The notes under the pieces are model-generated. The model ran no database searches and was not told where the DNA came from. It worked only from the letters and a program-made list of their open reading frames with translations. A DNA stretch of 64,000 bases from an uncultured delta proteobacterium (GTDB lineage: Bacteria; Desulfobacterota; Binatia; UBA9968): positions 64,001 to 128,000 of the forward strand of contig CAWFJP010000012.1 of NCBI GenBank assembly GCA_963816145.1, read 5' to 3'. Position numbers and translations under genes: made by a program. Position 1 is the stretch's first letter. Each line of letters opens with the position of its first letter. This document shows positions 10,538 to 20,194 of this stretch, one piece after another.

Positions 10538-11119
10538 TTGAAACTTTCTCGCTCATTCTACGAACAGCCAACTATTGATGTTGCCAGGCAACTGCTGGGT
10601 AAGTTTCTCATTCACCGCCATGCCGATGCCACTTTGGTCGGACGGATTGTCGAGACTGAGGCGTACCTCGGTCCGCACGATCTGGCATGTCACGCGGCCA
10701 AAGGAAGAACCAAGCGGACCGAGGTGATGTTTGGCGCCGCGGGTCATGCGTATGTCTACTTCATCTACGGATTTTACAACATGCTCAATTTGGTTACGGA
10801 AGCGAAAGATTACCCCGCCGCGGTTCTGATCCGAGCGGTGGAGCCGGTGTGCGGGATTGAGGTCATGAAGCGACATCGAAAGAGCGGCCTGTTGCCCAAT
10901 CTCGCCAGCGGCCCGGGCAAACTTTGCCAAGCGTTTGCCATCGACCGTGCGCTCAATGGCCAGGATATCTGCGGCAAGATTCTTTACCTGGAAGACCGCG
11001 GTGAACCGACACCGAAGTTCGACGCGACACCGCGCATCGGCGTCGATTACGCCGGCAAGTGGAAAGATAAGCCGTTACGTTTCGCGGTTCGCGATAACAA
11101 GTTTGTCTCGAAGCCTTGA
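10538..11119 (+). CDS. mpg: 3-methyladenine DNA glycosylase (MPG/AAG type)
   Basis: GRIVETEAY, YVYFIYG, AVLIRAVEP, GPGKLCQA and TPRIGV motifs. Confidence 0.92.
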   Translation: MKLSRSFYEQPTIDVARQLLGKFLIHRHADATLVGRIVETEAYLGPHDLACHAAKGRTKRTEVMFGAAGHAYVYFIYGFYNMLNLVTEAKDYPAAVLIRAVEPVCGIEVMKRHRKSGLLPNLASGPGKLCQAFAIDRALNGQDICGKILYLEDRGEPTPKFDATPRIGVDYAGKWKDKPLRFAVRDNKFVSKP

Positions 11120-11141
11120 TAGTTTGTTGCCAACGATTTTT

Positions 11142-11615
11142 ATGGAGAAGTACCTCGTCAGAATCGACAATAGTCCTGAGCGCCTGGTCGAGGCCGGGCC
11201 GCTGGTCCAGGGCAGTTGGAGCCGGCAGCATGATGATCTCGGTCGAGAGATCCGCGGCGAGTTTCTCATCGACACCGGAGCCTACGGCGCGATGATCGAT
11301 CTTGCAGTTGCTGAGATGTTGCAACTCTCGCCGCTGGGCACGCGGGCGGTGCATGGCATTCACGGCTACGGCACCCTGCAACTTTACTTGGGCCGCGTGT
11401 TCTTACCTGCCGTGGACTCAGATGGTAGGTCAACGATGTATACGTCCGTGCTGGAATGTGTCGGTGTGCCATCCTTGCGCGAGAAAAGTTTCGAGCACCG
11501 CGCCGATGTGATCGGCATTCTCGGCCGGGTGTTCTTGCGCAATGCCAGTGTCACGGTCGATAATCTATCGGGAAAACTGGAATTGGTAATCGTTGGCGAC
11601 GGGAATCGCGACTAA
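11142..11615 (+). CDS. Retropepsin-like aspartyl protease domain protein
   Basis: FLIDTGA catalytic motif plus ILGRVFL motif; start at MEKYL. Confidence 0.7.
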   Translation: MEKYLVRIDNSPERLVEAGPLVQGSWSRQHDDLGREIRGEFLIDTGAYGAMIDLAVAEMLQLSPLGTRAVHGIHGYGTLQLYLGRVFLPAVDSDGRSTMYTSVLECVGVPSLREKSFEHRADVIGILGRVFLRNASVTVDNLSGKLELVIVGDGNRD

Positions 11616-11621
11616 ACAATC

Positions 11622-12239
11622 ATGAACTCGAAAACCATCTACGTCGACCTTGACGATGTCTTGTGCGAAACGGCGCGCCATTTTCTCGTCGTCGTCGAGC
11701 GCGAATTCAACAAGCGGATCGCCTACGAAGAACTGACCGATTTCGACATCGGTTCGTCCTGCGGCCTCGAGCCGGCGCAGACCGACGAGTTGTACCGCAT
11801 CGTCCATCGGCCGGACGAGCTCATGCAGATGGCACCCATCGACGGCGCGATCTCGACGCTTCAGCAATGGGCGAACGCCGGCTATGAGATCGCCATCGTC
11901 ACCGGCAGGCCGCCCGATTCTTACGAGCCGTCTTTAGCATGGCTGACGCGTCACCGTGTGCCGTACGCATCTTTTAGCATGGTCGATAAGTATTCGCGTT
12001 TTGCCACTGACAATACCGTGGCAATTCGCCTCGGTGAGTTAGCGCAGCGGGAATACTGCTGGGCGGTCGAAGATTCCTTGCCGATGGCGGAGTTTCTCGC
12101 GACTCGGATGAAGCTACCCGTGGCTTTAATAGATTGCCCATGGAATCGCGCCAGCGATGGTCACGCTAACGTCGGACGCTACGCCGATTGGCCGACGCTG
12201 GCGCGGCAGATGCCGAGACTTAAGACACAAGGCGATTGA
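11622..12239 (+). CDS. HAD-family 5'(3')-nucleotidase-like protein
   Basis: YVDLDDVL, IVTGRP, VEDS and PWNR motifs. Confidence 0.8.
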   Translation: MNSKTIYVDLDDVLCETARHFLVVVEREFNKRIAYEELTDFDIGSSCGLEPAQTDELYRIVHRPDELMQMAPIDGAISTLQQWANAGYEIAIVTGRPPDSYEPSLAWLTRHRVPYASFSMVDKYSRFATDNTVAIRLGELAQREYCWAVEDSLPMAEFLATRMKLPVALIDCPWNRASDGHANVGRYADWPTLARQMPRLKTQGD

Positions 12240-12247
12240 CCGCAAAG

Positions 12248-12440
12248 TGTTCATGTCTTTACGGTCGTCTGCAGAGTATGAAAATTCACGCCACCCCTCC
12301 ATGGGTTTGTTCATTGACCCGTCATGCCGGCGGAGGCCGGCATCCAGGGGAGGGGATGGATACCGGCTTTCGCCGGTATGACGGAACCCTCGTGGCAATT
12401 CGTTGCGCAGATCACACCCGCACATATATTTTCGAAAGAG
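12248..12440 (+). mobile_element. ~200-bp TIR-less mini-element, copy 1
   Basis: AG|tgttcatg...tcgtctgcagagtatgaaaat ... REP doublet ... tattttcgaaagAG; homologous to the copies at 23678, 45909 and 63043. Confidence 0.75.
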
Positions 12441-12524
12441 AACGCATAAGGGCGCAAGGAAGAATAAGCCATGTGGTACTTATCCGAGACGATTATGTGC
12501 CGGAGTAATTAGGGAGCGGTTCCA

Positions 12525-13091
12525 ATGCACAGCGATACGACTTATTCACTGGCAAGGTTTGTCGCCGATCTGCGGTCGATCACCGCGGCCACGGCGTATG
12601 AAACAGATGTCCTCCGCAAGGTTGCGCCGTTGGCCGAGCGCTTGGCCGCTAGTCCTGGCTTGAGGCGGGAACCGGCGATTCATTCAAACGTTGAAAAAGG
12701 CTTCAGCTTCAATCTGCTCCATGAAGAGCCGGATCACTCGCTCGCGGTCGTGATATTGAGCTGGTTGCCGAGCGGCGCGACGCTGCCGCACAATCATGGC
12801 ACCTGGGGGATTGTCGTCGGACTCGAAGGCGCCGAGAAGAACATCTTTTGGCGGCGTCTCGACGACGGCAGCCGCGCCGGCTATGCGGAACTCGAAAGGG
12901 TCGGTGAAATGGACTGCGTTCTTGGCCAGGCGGTGGTCTTGCCGAGTCCGACGATTCACAGCGTGGAGAACACGACGGCACAACCGAGCCTATCGCTACA
13001 CGTGTATGGCAAGAATGTTTACTACACCGGACGGTCGCAGTTCGATGTCGTCAACAAGCGCGAGCTTCCATGGGGCAAAAGTGCTTCGTGA
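12525..13091 (+). CDS. Cysteine dioxygenase-like cupin
   Basis: WLPSGATLPHNHGTWG, IHSVEN and SLSLHVYG motifs. Confidence 0.85.
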   Translation: MHSDTTYSLARFVADLRSITAATAYETDVLRKVAPLAERLAASPGLRREPAIHSNVEKGFSFNLLHEEPDHSLAVVILSWLPSGATLPHNHGTWGIVVGLEGAEKNIFWRRLDDGSRAGYAELERVGEMDCVLGQAVVLPSPTIHSVENTTAQPSLSLHVYGKNVYYTGRSQFDVVNKRELPWGKSAS

Positions 13092-13110
13092 ATGATGGAG
13101 GTAGTCAAAC

Positions 13111-14118
13111 ATGATGACCGTACTGACCGTGGCTATGATGTTTTTCCTAAGTCTGAGCGCGCCCAGCCTCGCTGCCGACGCCGATGGGCAACAGCGGTTG
13201 CTCATCGAATCGGCGCGCAAAGAAGCTAAAATGATTTTTTACACATCGGTGGAGACCGAGTTTGCCCGCTCGCTGACCAGCGCGTTCGAGTCCAAATACC
13301 CCTTTATCAAGACCGACATTTTTCGCTCGACCCATGACAAAATCCTTAGCCGCATGAACATCGAGCGGCAGACCAGCACTTACGTCGCCGATGTGGTCAG
13401 CGTCGGTGAATTCGAGACCTATCACATGCAAAAAAAAGGCTTTCTTCAGCCCTACAAGTCACCCAATGCCGCGGTCTATCCCGAGGGGTTCAAAGACCCC
13501 AACGGTTACTGGACCGATCTCTACGACAACCTGATCGTCACGGCCTACAACACGAATCGAGTCAAACGCGACGAGTTGCCGAAACGCTGGGAGGACTTGC
13601 TCCATCCGCGCTGGAAGGGACGCATGGTGCTCGACCAGAACGAAGATCGCTGGTTTGCCAACATGATCCATTTCATGGGTGAGAAGAGAGGCATAGAGTT
13701 CATGCAGGCATTAGCGAAGCAAGAGGTCGCCATCCGCAGCGGCCGATCACTGATTACTCAATTGTTGAGCGCGGGTGAATTCGACTTGCAGATCGTTGCT
13801 TACTGGTACCGGCCTTACCTGATGAAAAAACAGGGCGCGCCAGTGGATTGGCTGGGATTGGAGCCGGCGATCGTCGCGCTGCATCCGATCAGCATCGTTG
13901 AGAGAGCGCCGCATTCCAGCGCCGCGCGTTTGTTCATTGATTTCGCTCTATCGGATGAAGGCCAGAGGGTTTTTCTCAAGCGCGGCCGCGAACCGGCCAT
14001 GCCTGGGCTTAGACCGGAAGGTTATCCGAGTCAGCTAAAAATGTTTCCCAGCCGGGTCCAGCTGGCCGAAAAACTCGACGACTACAGCCGGCAGTATCGC
14101 GCTCTGTTCGTGCGCTGA
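13111..14118 (+). CDS. Extracellular solute-binding protein (Fe3+/thiamine-like cluster)
   Basis: ARKEAK..YTS, YNTNRV...PKRWEDLLHPRWKG and APHSSAARLFIDF motifs. Confidence 0.85.
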   Translation: MMTVLTVAMMFFLSLSAPSLAADADGQQRLLIESARKEAKMIFYTSVETEFARSLTSAFESKYPFIKTDIFRSTHDKILSRMNIERQTSTYVADVVSVGEFETYHMQKKGFLQPYKSPNAAVYPEGFKDPNGYWTDLYDNLIVTAYNTNRVKRDELPKRWEDLLHPRWKGRMVLDQNEDRWFANMIHFMGEKRGIEFMQALAKQEVAIRSGRSLITQLLSAGEFDLQIVAYWYRPYLMKKQGAPVDWLGLEPAIVALHPISIVERAPHSSAARLFIDFALSDEGQRVFLKRGREPAMPGLRPEGYPSQLKMFPSRVQLAEKLDDYSRQYRALFVR

Positions 14119-14146
14119 AAGCAGGTTAAAGTCGCTTTCGGGGGTG

Positions 14147-14344
14147 GTTGAAATCCCTCGCCTTCACGCGAAGAGAGGATTTGTCATGCCGGCGAAGGCC
14201 GGCATCCATCTTCGGTTTCGTTGGCAGGCCAAAGAAAACCTGGATTCCGGCCTACGCCGGAATGACCAAACGAAGAGTCGACTTCTAGTCGACGAATTGA
14301 GAACTCCTCGGCTTGGAGCCGAGGGTCGTTTAGTGCGATTCAAC
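14147..14344. repeat. REP-doublet-containing MITE-like element
   Basis: gtcatgccggcgaaggccggcatcc ... ggattccggcctacgccggaatgac (14183-14266) inside imperfect ends gttgaaatc/gattcaac. Confidence 0.65.
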
Positions 14345-14786
14345 TCAGCGGCGCGCCGCTCTTCGAGTGGCGCTCGGTCAATTCCAAGAGATAACCATCG
14401 GGATCCTGGATGAAGGCGACGTGATCCTGACTGCCGGGACGATTGGGCTGCGGTCCGAGGGTGAATTTCACGCCTTCGGCTTTGAGTTTTTCGCTCAACT
14501 TGTAGAGATCGGAAACATACAGGGCAATGTGACCGTACCATTTGGGCATCGCCGGCACATGGCCGGGGCCGCCGGTTTCGATCAGTTCCAACCCTGGATA
14601 TTCGTCCTCTGTGCCGTAACCCAGGTAGCCAACCCGCTCGTTCTTGTCGGGGGAGGGGCGCAGGCGTTGCACGTCCATGCCCAGCAAGCGCGTGTAAAAA
14701 TCAATGCTGCGATCGAGATTGCTGACCAGCATCATCGTATGACGAATGCGAAAGGTGATGTCGCCGACGGTTTTTTCTCCTGCCAT
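14340..14786 (-). CDS. VOC family / lactoylglutathione lyase-like protein
   Basis: HTMMLVSNLDRSIDFYTRLLGM, YGHIAL and FIQDPDGYLLEL motifs. Confidence 0.88.
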   Translation of the reverse strand: MAGEKTVGDITFRIRHTMMLVSNLDRSIDFYTRLLGMDVQRLRPSPDKNERVGYLGYGTEDEYPGLELIETGGPGHVPAMPKWYGHIALYVSDLYKLSEKLKAEGVKFTLGPQPNRPGSQDHVAFIQDPDGYLLELTERHSKSGAPLS

Positions 14787-14931
14787 AGGTTTCTCCCGGA
14801 GCTTGGTAAATCTAAGTCCGCGCATCCATGCGCTTTGGCGGCGACAGTAGCCCAGGAGCGCGCGCGGAATCAAGCGCGGCCGAGCAGCCGCGTCGCTGGT
14901 AGGAAGGGAATCTTTTCGCGCCCCGGAAAAT

Positions 14932-15078
14932 TTAGTGATGCGCTCGGCGCTGACGCCCGGCCCAAAAAATTAATCCACCGAGAATCGCCATGGTGGGCAG
15001 CCAATTTCTCAGCGCCCACTCGGTGATCGGCCTGAGCTCGAAATAAATACGTCCAGCGAATTCCCCGATAATGTCCAT
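14932..15078 (-). CDS. 48-aa small membrane protein (below the ORF-track cutoff)
   Basis: GGAGGTGG RBS, then MDIIGEFAGRIYFELRPITEWALRNWLPTMAILGGLIFWAGRQRRAHH*. Confidence 0.6.
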   Translation of the reverse strand: MDIIGEFAGRIYFELRPITEWALRNWLPTMAILGGLIFWAGRQRRAHH

Positions 15079-15382
15079 TAGACCACCTCCGGGTAAAGCA
15101 ATTCGTGTACGTGCTTAGGCAGTGGCGGAAGCATAGGCCCGAACGGCATGGTTGTGCAAGAGTGAACGCGCCACGGCGAGCCCGTGGGAATTACCCGTTA
15201 GCCATAGGGCTTGCCAAAACCTGCCATGGGCTGAAGTTCATGACAGAAAAACTCTGCGGATTTGCAGCAGCCGGGGCAGTTGGCTGAGGAATGGCTAAAT
15301 AATCCCCCGTAGCGATTGTCATGGTAGTACAGAGGCCTCTGACCTGACGGCGGCTTCGGCGAATTGGTAGGTTCTGGTCTGC

Positions 15383-16238
15383 TTACGACAGTGCTTTCGT
15401 GAAAGCCCGCCGCAGGAATACGCCGATCAAGTGGCGCTTGTAGTCGGCACCGCCTTCGATGTCGTCGACCGGATCGGCGGCCTGAGCTAACGCTTCGGCG
15501 GCGTTGCCGAGTTGCTTTTCCACTTGCGCCCGCGCGCCGGTGAGTAACCCATTCGCCTTGTCGGACTGAGTCGGCGCTACACTGACGCTGCCGACCACGG
15601 CGGAAGCTTTTTTAATGTTGTCGCCGTCAAGATCGAGGAGTAGCGCCAATCCCAAAGTGGGCCGTTCCTTGAGTTGGAATTTTAGATACGCGGCACGCTG
15701 GGTCTTGGTTAACACCGGTATCTCGACACCGATCAGCAGTTCGTCGCTCGCCAGAGAGGTCTCATAGGCGCCAGTGATCAGTTTATCCATCGCCACGGTT
15801 CGCGCACCGGCTTTGCCCTGGACATGGACCTTGGCGCCAAGGGCGGTCAGCAGCGTCGGCCGGATCGGAGTGGGGCTCGGCAAAGCAGAGATTGCCGCCG
15901 AGCGTGCCGCAGGCGCGCACGCGAATGTTGGCCACCTTGGTTTCCATCTCGGCCAACACCGGTAAGCTTTGCTTGACCAGCGCCGAGCGCTCGATGGCGC
16001 GGTGGGTGGCGCTGCCGCCGATCATCAGGGCACCGTTTTTCAACTCGATTTTGTTCAAGTCGGGGATGGTTTTGACGTCAACCAAGTGCTCGTAGCGCAG
16101 GAGATCATGCTTCATGGCCAGCAGCAGCTCGGTGCCGCCGGCATAGAGCCGTCCCTTCTCGCCGTACTGAGCGAGCATCTGGGAGGCTTCGCCAACGCTT
16201 TTGGGTTGATGAATCGAAAATTTTCTTAAGGGCATCAT
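15383..16238 (-). CDS. Xanthine dehydrogenase-family FAD-binding (medium) subunit; one +1 frameshift near 15860
   Basis: YAGGTELL and TLGGNLC..EPHSD motifs; continues in a second frame to ADYKRHL. Confidence 0.85.
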
Positions 16239-16316
16239 AAAACTGAAAAAGGCGGAAGGCGGAAGGCAAAAGGCGGAATGGTACTCCGGCCGATTTTATC
16301 CTTCATACTTCATCCC

Positions 16317-18596
16317 TCATCCTTTCTTTTCTTGCAGCGCGCGCCAGACTCTTTCAGGCGTGAGCGGTGCTTGGCGGATGCGCACACCGACGGCGCGGTC
16401 GACGGCGTTGGCGATATTGGCTGCCATGGAATTCAACGACGCTTCGCCGCCGCCTTTGGCGCCGTAGGGGCCGACACCATCTCGATTCTGCACCAGATGG
16501 AGTTCGACTTGCTTCGGCAAGTCGGAGAAGCGCGGCAAACGATAGTCGAGGATCGAGCCGTTCATCAACTGCGAGCCATCGTAAACCAACTCTTCGAACA
16601 GGCCGATGCCCATGCCCATAGTCGCGGCGCCGATGTCTTGGCCTTCGGCCAGGGCGGGATTGATCGCCAGGCCGACATCGCCGACGGTGGCGAGTTTTTC
16701 CATGGTGATCTTGCCGGTGTCTTCGTCGACGGAGATTTCCACGCCGGTGGCGGCGGCTTCCCAGAAGACCGGCAGGGCGGCGAACTTGCCGGATTTTCGA
16801 ATGTAAGACCGGCCGATCACTTCGCCATCGGGAAGGGCGTAAAATTTACTGATCACTTGCGACCAGTCGAGCTGCACTTCGCCGCAGCGAACGCCGCCGC
16901 GGACGGTTTCGATCTGTTCCTTTTTCACTTTGAGCACATCGGCGGCCATCACGACCATTTGCTGTATCGCCTCTTGGCAAGCTTCCTGTACCGCGCTGCC
17001 CATCAGCGTCGTCGTCCGGCTCGCGCCGGTGGAGCGGTCGTAAGGCGTGATCGCGGTGTCGGATGACACCACGTTTACTTTGTCATACGTGATGCCCAGC
17101 TCTTCGGCAGCGATTTGCGGCAGGACGGTATGACTCCCCTGACCCAACTCGGTGCTGCCGGTCATGATGGTTGCCGAGCCGTCGGCGTGGACGCGCACGG
17201 CGGTGGAGGTCAGCGGATAGGCACCGGCGTCGCTGCCGGAAATGGCGACGGTGCGGCCATGGCCTTTCGCCAGCGGCGTGCCCCAGCCGATCGCTTTTGC
17301 CACGGTGTCCAAGTCTTGTTTAAGCGTGCCATCGAAGGGGCGCATGCCGGGAAAAAATTCTTCACCGGGTTTGGCTGCGTTCTGCAAACGAAACTCGTAG
17401 GGATCTTTTCCGATCTTCGCCGCCAGCTCGTCGATCTGCGATTCACCCGGCAGCGTCACCTGGGCGCAGCCGAAGCCGCGATAGGAACTCGCCGGCACGG
17501 TGTTGGTGTAGAGCGACATATTCTCGATAAGCACGTTGGGTATGGCATAGGGGCCGACGCAGCGGTTGGTCGACTTTTCGACCACCAGCGGACTGTTTTC
17601 CGCGTAGGCGCCGGTGTTCATCATTATTTTCGCCTGGCGCGCGATGATCTTACCGTTCTTATCGACCGCGGTGCGCATCCAGGTGTAGGCGTCGTCGCTG
17701 CGCGTGGTCAGCATCGCTTCTTCGACTGTGAGCTGGAGTTTCACCGGCCGCTTGGCTTTCCACGAGCAAGCCGCCACCAGCGGCTCGACTTTTGTGTAAG
17801 ATTTGCTGCCGTAACCGCCGCCGACGAACGGGACGATCAGGCGGACTTTGCTCACCGGCAGATTGAAGATCGACTTCAAATCATGGCGCACCATGAACGG
17901 ATGCTGCGCCGAGGAGTAAACGTTAACGCCCTGGTCGCTAACGTCGGCGATGGCGACATAGGGTTCCATCGCGTAGGCGTAGGTCATGGGGAAGTAATAG
18001 TCGCCCTCGACCACCGTGGCCGCTTCTTTGAACGCTTTCTCGACATCACCCCACTGAATCTTGTGAGTCTGGCAGATGTTGCTGCCTTTGCCGGCGGTGA
18101 CATCGCCTTCGAAACCGCGCAGCGCACCGGCTTCGAATTTTCGCTCGTGCAGGAGCGGCGCGTCTTTGGCGAGCGCCTCCTGCGGTGTGAAGATGCCTTT
18201 GAGCTCCTCGTACTTGACGTCGATGAGTTCCAGGGCTTCGAAGGCGGTTCGTTCGTCGACAGCGACAACGGCGGCAACCGGTTCGCCGGCGTAGCGCACT
18301 TTGTCGATGGCCAACAGCGGATGGTCCTTGACGGCGTGGCCGAAGTAAGGATTCAAGCCGTCGAGATCGAAGCCGGTGACGACGCAATAGACGCCGGGAT
18401 GGGCTTCGGCTTTCGACTTATCGATGGCAATGATTTTCGCGTGGGCGAGCGGGCTGCGCAGCACTTTGGCGTAAGCCATGCCGATGAGCCGAAGATCGGC
18501 GACATACTGCGCTTTGCCGGTTACTTTGACCCGGCCATCGCGCCGCGGGATCGAATGATTGACGATTTGAAAATCGGTTTGCTTTTCCGCGCTCAC
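16317..18596 (-). CDS. Xanthine dehydrogenase-family molybdopterin-binding (large) subunit
   Basis: KVTGKAQY, VGGGYGSK, SYRGFG, ELGQG and GPYGAKGGGE motifs. Confidence 0.93.
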   Translation of the reverse strand: MSAEKQTDFQIVNHSIPRRDGRVKVTGKAQYVADLRLIGMAYAKVLRSPLAHAKIIAIDKSKAEAHPGVYCVVTGFDLDGLNPYFGHAVKDHPLLAIDKVRYAGEPVAAVVAVDERTAFEALELIDVKYEELKGIFTPQEALAKDAPLLHERKFEAGALRGFEGDVTAGKGSNICQTHKIQWGDVEKAFKEAATVVEGDYYFPMTYAYAMEPYVAIADVSDQGVNVYSSAQHPFMVRHDLKSIFNLPVSKVRLIVPFVGGGYGSKSYTKVEPLVAACSWKAKRPVKLQLTVEEAMLTTRSDDAYTWMRTAVDKNGKIIARQAKIMMNTGAYAENSPLVVEKSTNRCVGPYAIPNVLIENMSLYTNTVPASSYRGFGCAQVTLPGESQIDELAAKIGKDPYEFRLQNAAKPGEEFFPGMRPFDGTLKQDLDTVAKAIGWGTPLAKGHGRTVAISGSDAGAYPLTSTAVRVHADGSATIMTGSTELGQGSHTVLPQIAAEELGITYDKVNVVSSDTAITPYDRSTGASRTTTLMGSAVQEACQEAIQQMVVMAADVLKVKKEQIETVRGGVRCGEVQLDWSQVISKFYALPDGEVIGRSYIRKSGKFAALPVFWEAAATGVEISVDEDTGKITMEKLATVGDVGLAINPALAEGQDIGAATMGMGIGLFEELVYDGSQLMNGSILDYRLPRFSDLPKQVELHLVQNRDGVGPYGAKGGGEASLNSMAANIANAVDRAVGVRIRQAPLTPERVWRALQEKKG

Positions 18597-19072
18597 TTTG
18601 TGCTCTCCTTGGACATCATGCCGGCGGCGCGTTGAATAGCGGCGACGATCGGCACATAGCCGGTACAGCGGCAGATGTTGCCGTCCATGTGATGGATGAT
18701 TTCCTCGCGACTGGGGTTGGGATTCTCATCCAACAATGCCTTGGCCGCCATGATCATTCCCGGCGTGCAGTAGCCGCACTGAAACGCGAACTCGTCGATG
18801 AAAGCCTGCTGGATCGGATGGAGCGTGCCATCGGCTTTTTCCAAGCCTTCGACGGTCAGGAGGTTTTTGCCGCGCGCCTCGTAGGCGAGGTAGGTGCAGG
18901 CGCTCACCGGCAGGTTGTCGACCAGCACGGTGCAGGCGCCGCAGACTTGGACTTCGCAAGACACTTTGGTGCCATTCAAGTTGAGCTGGTTACGCAGCAC
19001 TTCAGCTAGCGTGTCCGCCGGCTCGCACTCCACCGACCAGGGTTTGCCGTTTAAGTTGAATTGCAGATTCAT
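18593..19072 (-). CDS. (2Fe-2S) small subunit of XDH-family enzyme
   Basis: CEVQVCGACTV, QCGYCTPG and GNICRCTGY motifs. Confidence 0.93.
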   Translation of the reverse strand: MNLQFNLNGKPWSVECEPADTLAEVLRNQLNLNGTKVSCEVQVCGACTVLVDNLPVSACTYLAYEARGKNLLTVEGLEKADGTLHPIQQAFIDEFAFQCGYCTPGMIMAAKALLDENPNPSREEIIHHMDGNICRCTGYVPIVAAIQRAAGMMSKESTK

Positions 19073-19162
19073 AGAAAACTACATTAGAGCAATGAAGCGA
19101 TGGAGTACTGGGTTTTTCCGAACCCAATACACCAGTGTTCCATTACTCCCGCGCTCCAATCT

Positions 19163-20191
19163 TTAGTTATATCTCGGCAGAATATTCTCCGCCCACAGTT
19201 CCATCTGCTGGGTCAAGCTATCGATGGTCGGATAGATGATCTTCAACTCGAAATGTTGCACGCCGTTTTCAATAAACTCATCGACGCGGCGGCGCACGTC
19301 GTCGACTGAGCCAAAAATATGGCGGTCGAGGGCGAACTGCATGCTGTCAATGTCGCGCTCGTAGCTTTCGCTGCTGGTTTTTAGCGTCGGCATCGCCAAG
19401 TTCAAGCCTTCTTCACGGGTTTTGGCGATGGTGGCTAACTTTTCGACGGCAATGGTGATCTTCTTCGGATCGCGGCCATTCTCTTGAGCCGTCTTGTTGA
19501 GAATATCGCAACCGACTTTCATTTCGTTCGGCGACAGCCAGCCGGGAATCCAGCCTTCGCCGTATTTACCGGCGCGTTTAGCAGCGAGTTTCATCCACCC
19601 GCCGACCCACACTGGCGGATGGGGTTTTTGAAATGGTTTGGGGAAAACTTCAGCGTTCTTAAACTCGATGAAATCGCCCTTGTAAGACGCCAGCGGCTGC
19701 GTCCAGATCGCTTTCATCGCTTGGATATATTCATCCGTGCGATCGCCGCGGCGGTCGTAGGGCACGCCAAAGACACCGAACTCGTCTGATTCACGCGTGG
19801 CTTTGGAACCCAAGCCGACGCCGATTAGCAAGCGGCCATTGGCAAGGATATCGAGGGTCGAATACTGTTTGGCGGCGTAGATCGGATTACGGCAAGGCAT
19901 GACCAAGCAGGCGACGCCGAGGACGATTTTTTTAGTTTCCGCGGCGAGGTACGACAAAATCGTCGTCGCTTCGAAGAAATTGGCATCCTGGGTATCGCTC
20001 AGCGCTTCGGCGGCGCCGGACGAAATATGGTGCCGGTGCATTTCCGAACTCCACACCACATGGTCATGCACCCAGACCGCGTCGAACCCCATGTCCTCGG
20101 CCGCCTTGGTCGCTTTAACGATGTTCTCGATACTCGACAGCGGTCCCGAATTTGGCACACGCACGCCAAAGGAAATTTTATTCATATTCAA
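19163..20191 (-). CDS. LLM class flavin/F420-dependent oxidoreductase
   Basis: AEDMGFDAVWVHDH, TLDILANGR and PKPFQKPHPPVWVGG motifs. Confidence 0.9.
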   Translation of the reverse strand: MNMNKISFGVRVPNSGPLSSIENIVKATKAAEDMGFDAVWVHDHVVWSSEMHRHHISSGAAEALSDTQDANFFEATTILSYLAAETKKIVLGVACLVMPCRNPIYAAKQYSTLDILANGRLLIGVGLGSKATRESDEFGVFGVPYDRRGDRTDEYIQAMKAIWTQPLASYKGDFIEFKNAEVFPKPFQKPHPPVWVGGWMKLAAKRAGKYGEGWIPGWLSPNEMKVGCDILNKTAQENGRDPKKITIAVEKLATIAKTREEGLNLAMPTLKTSSESYERDIDSMQFALDRHIFGSVDDVRRRVDEFIENGVQHFELKIIYPTIDSLTQQMELWAENILPRYN

Positions 20192-20194
20192 CTC

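Noticed and set aside
15100-15230. Sigma-54 promoter upstream of the microprotein
   Set aside because: The candidate GG/GC spacings are 9 or 13 nt, not the required 10.
16317-18596. Aerobic CO dehydrogenase (coxL)
   Set aside because: The active-site loop is SYRGFG, not AYRCSFR (form I) or AYRGAGR (form II).
17115-18635. Long antisense ORFs (e.g. 506 aa at 17115, 328 aa at 21222)
   Set aside because: Shadow frames of GC-rich genes on the opposite strand, with no recognisable motifs.
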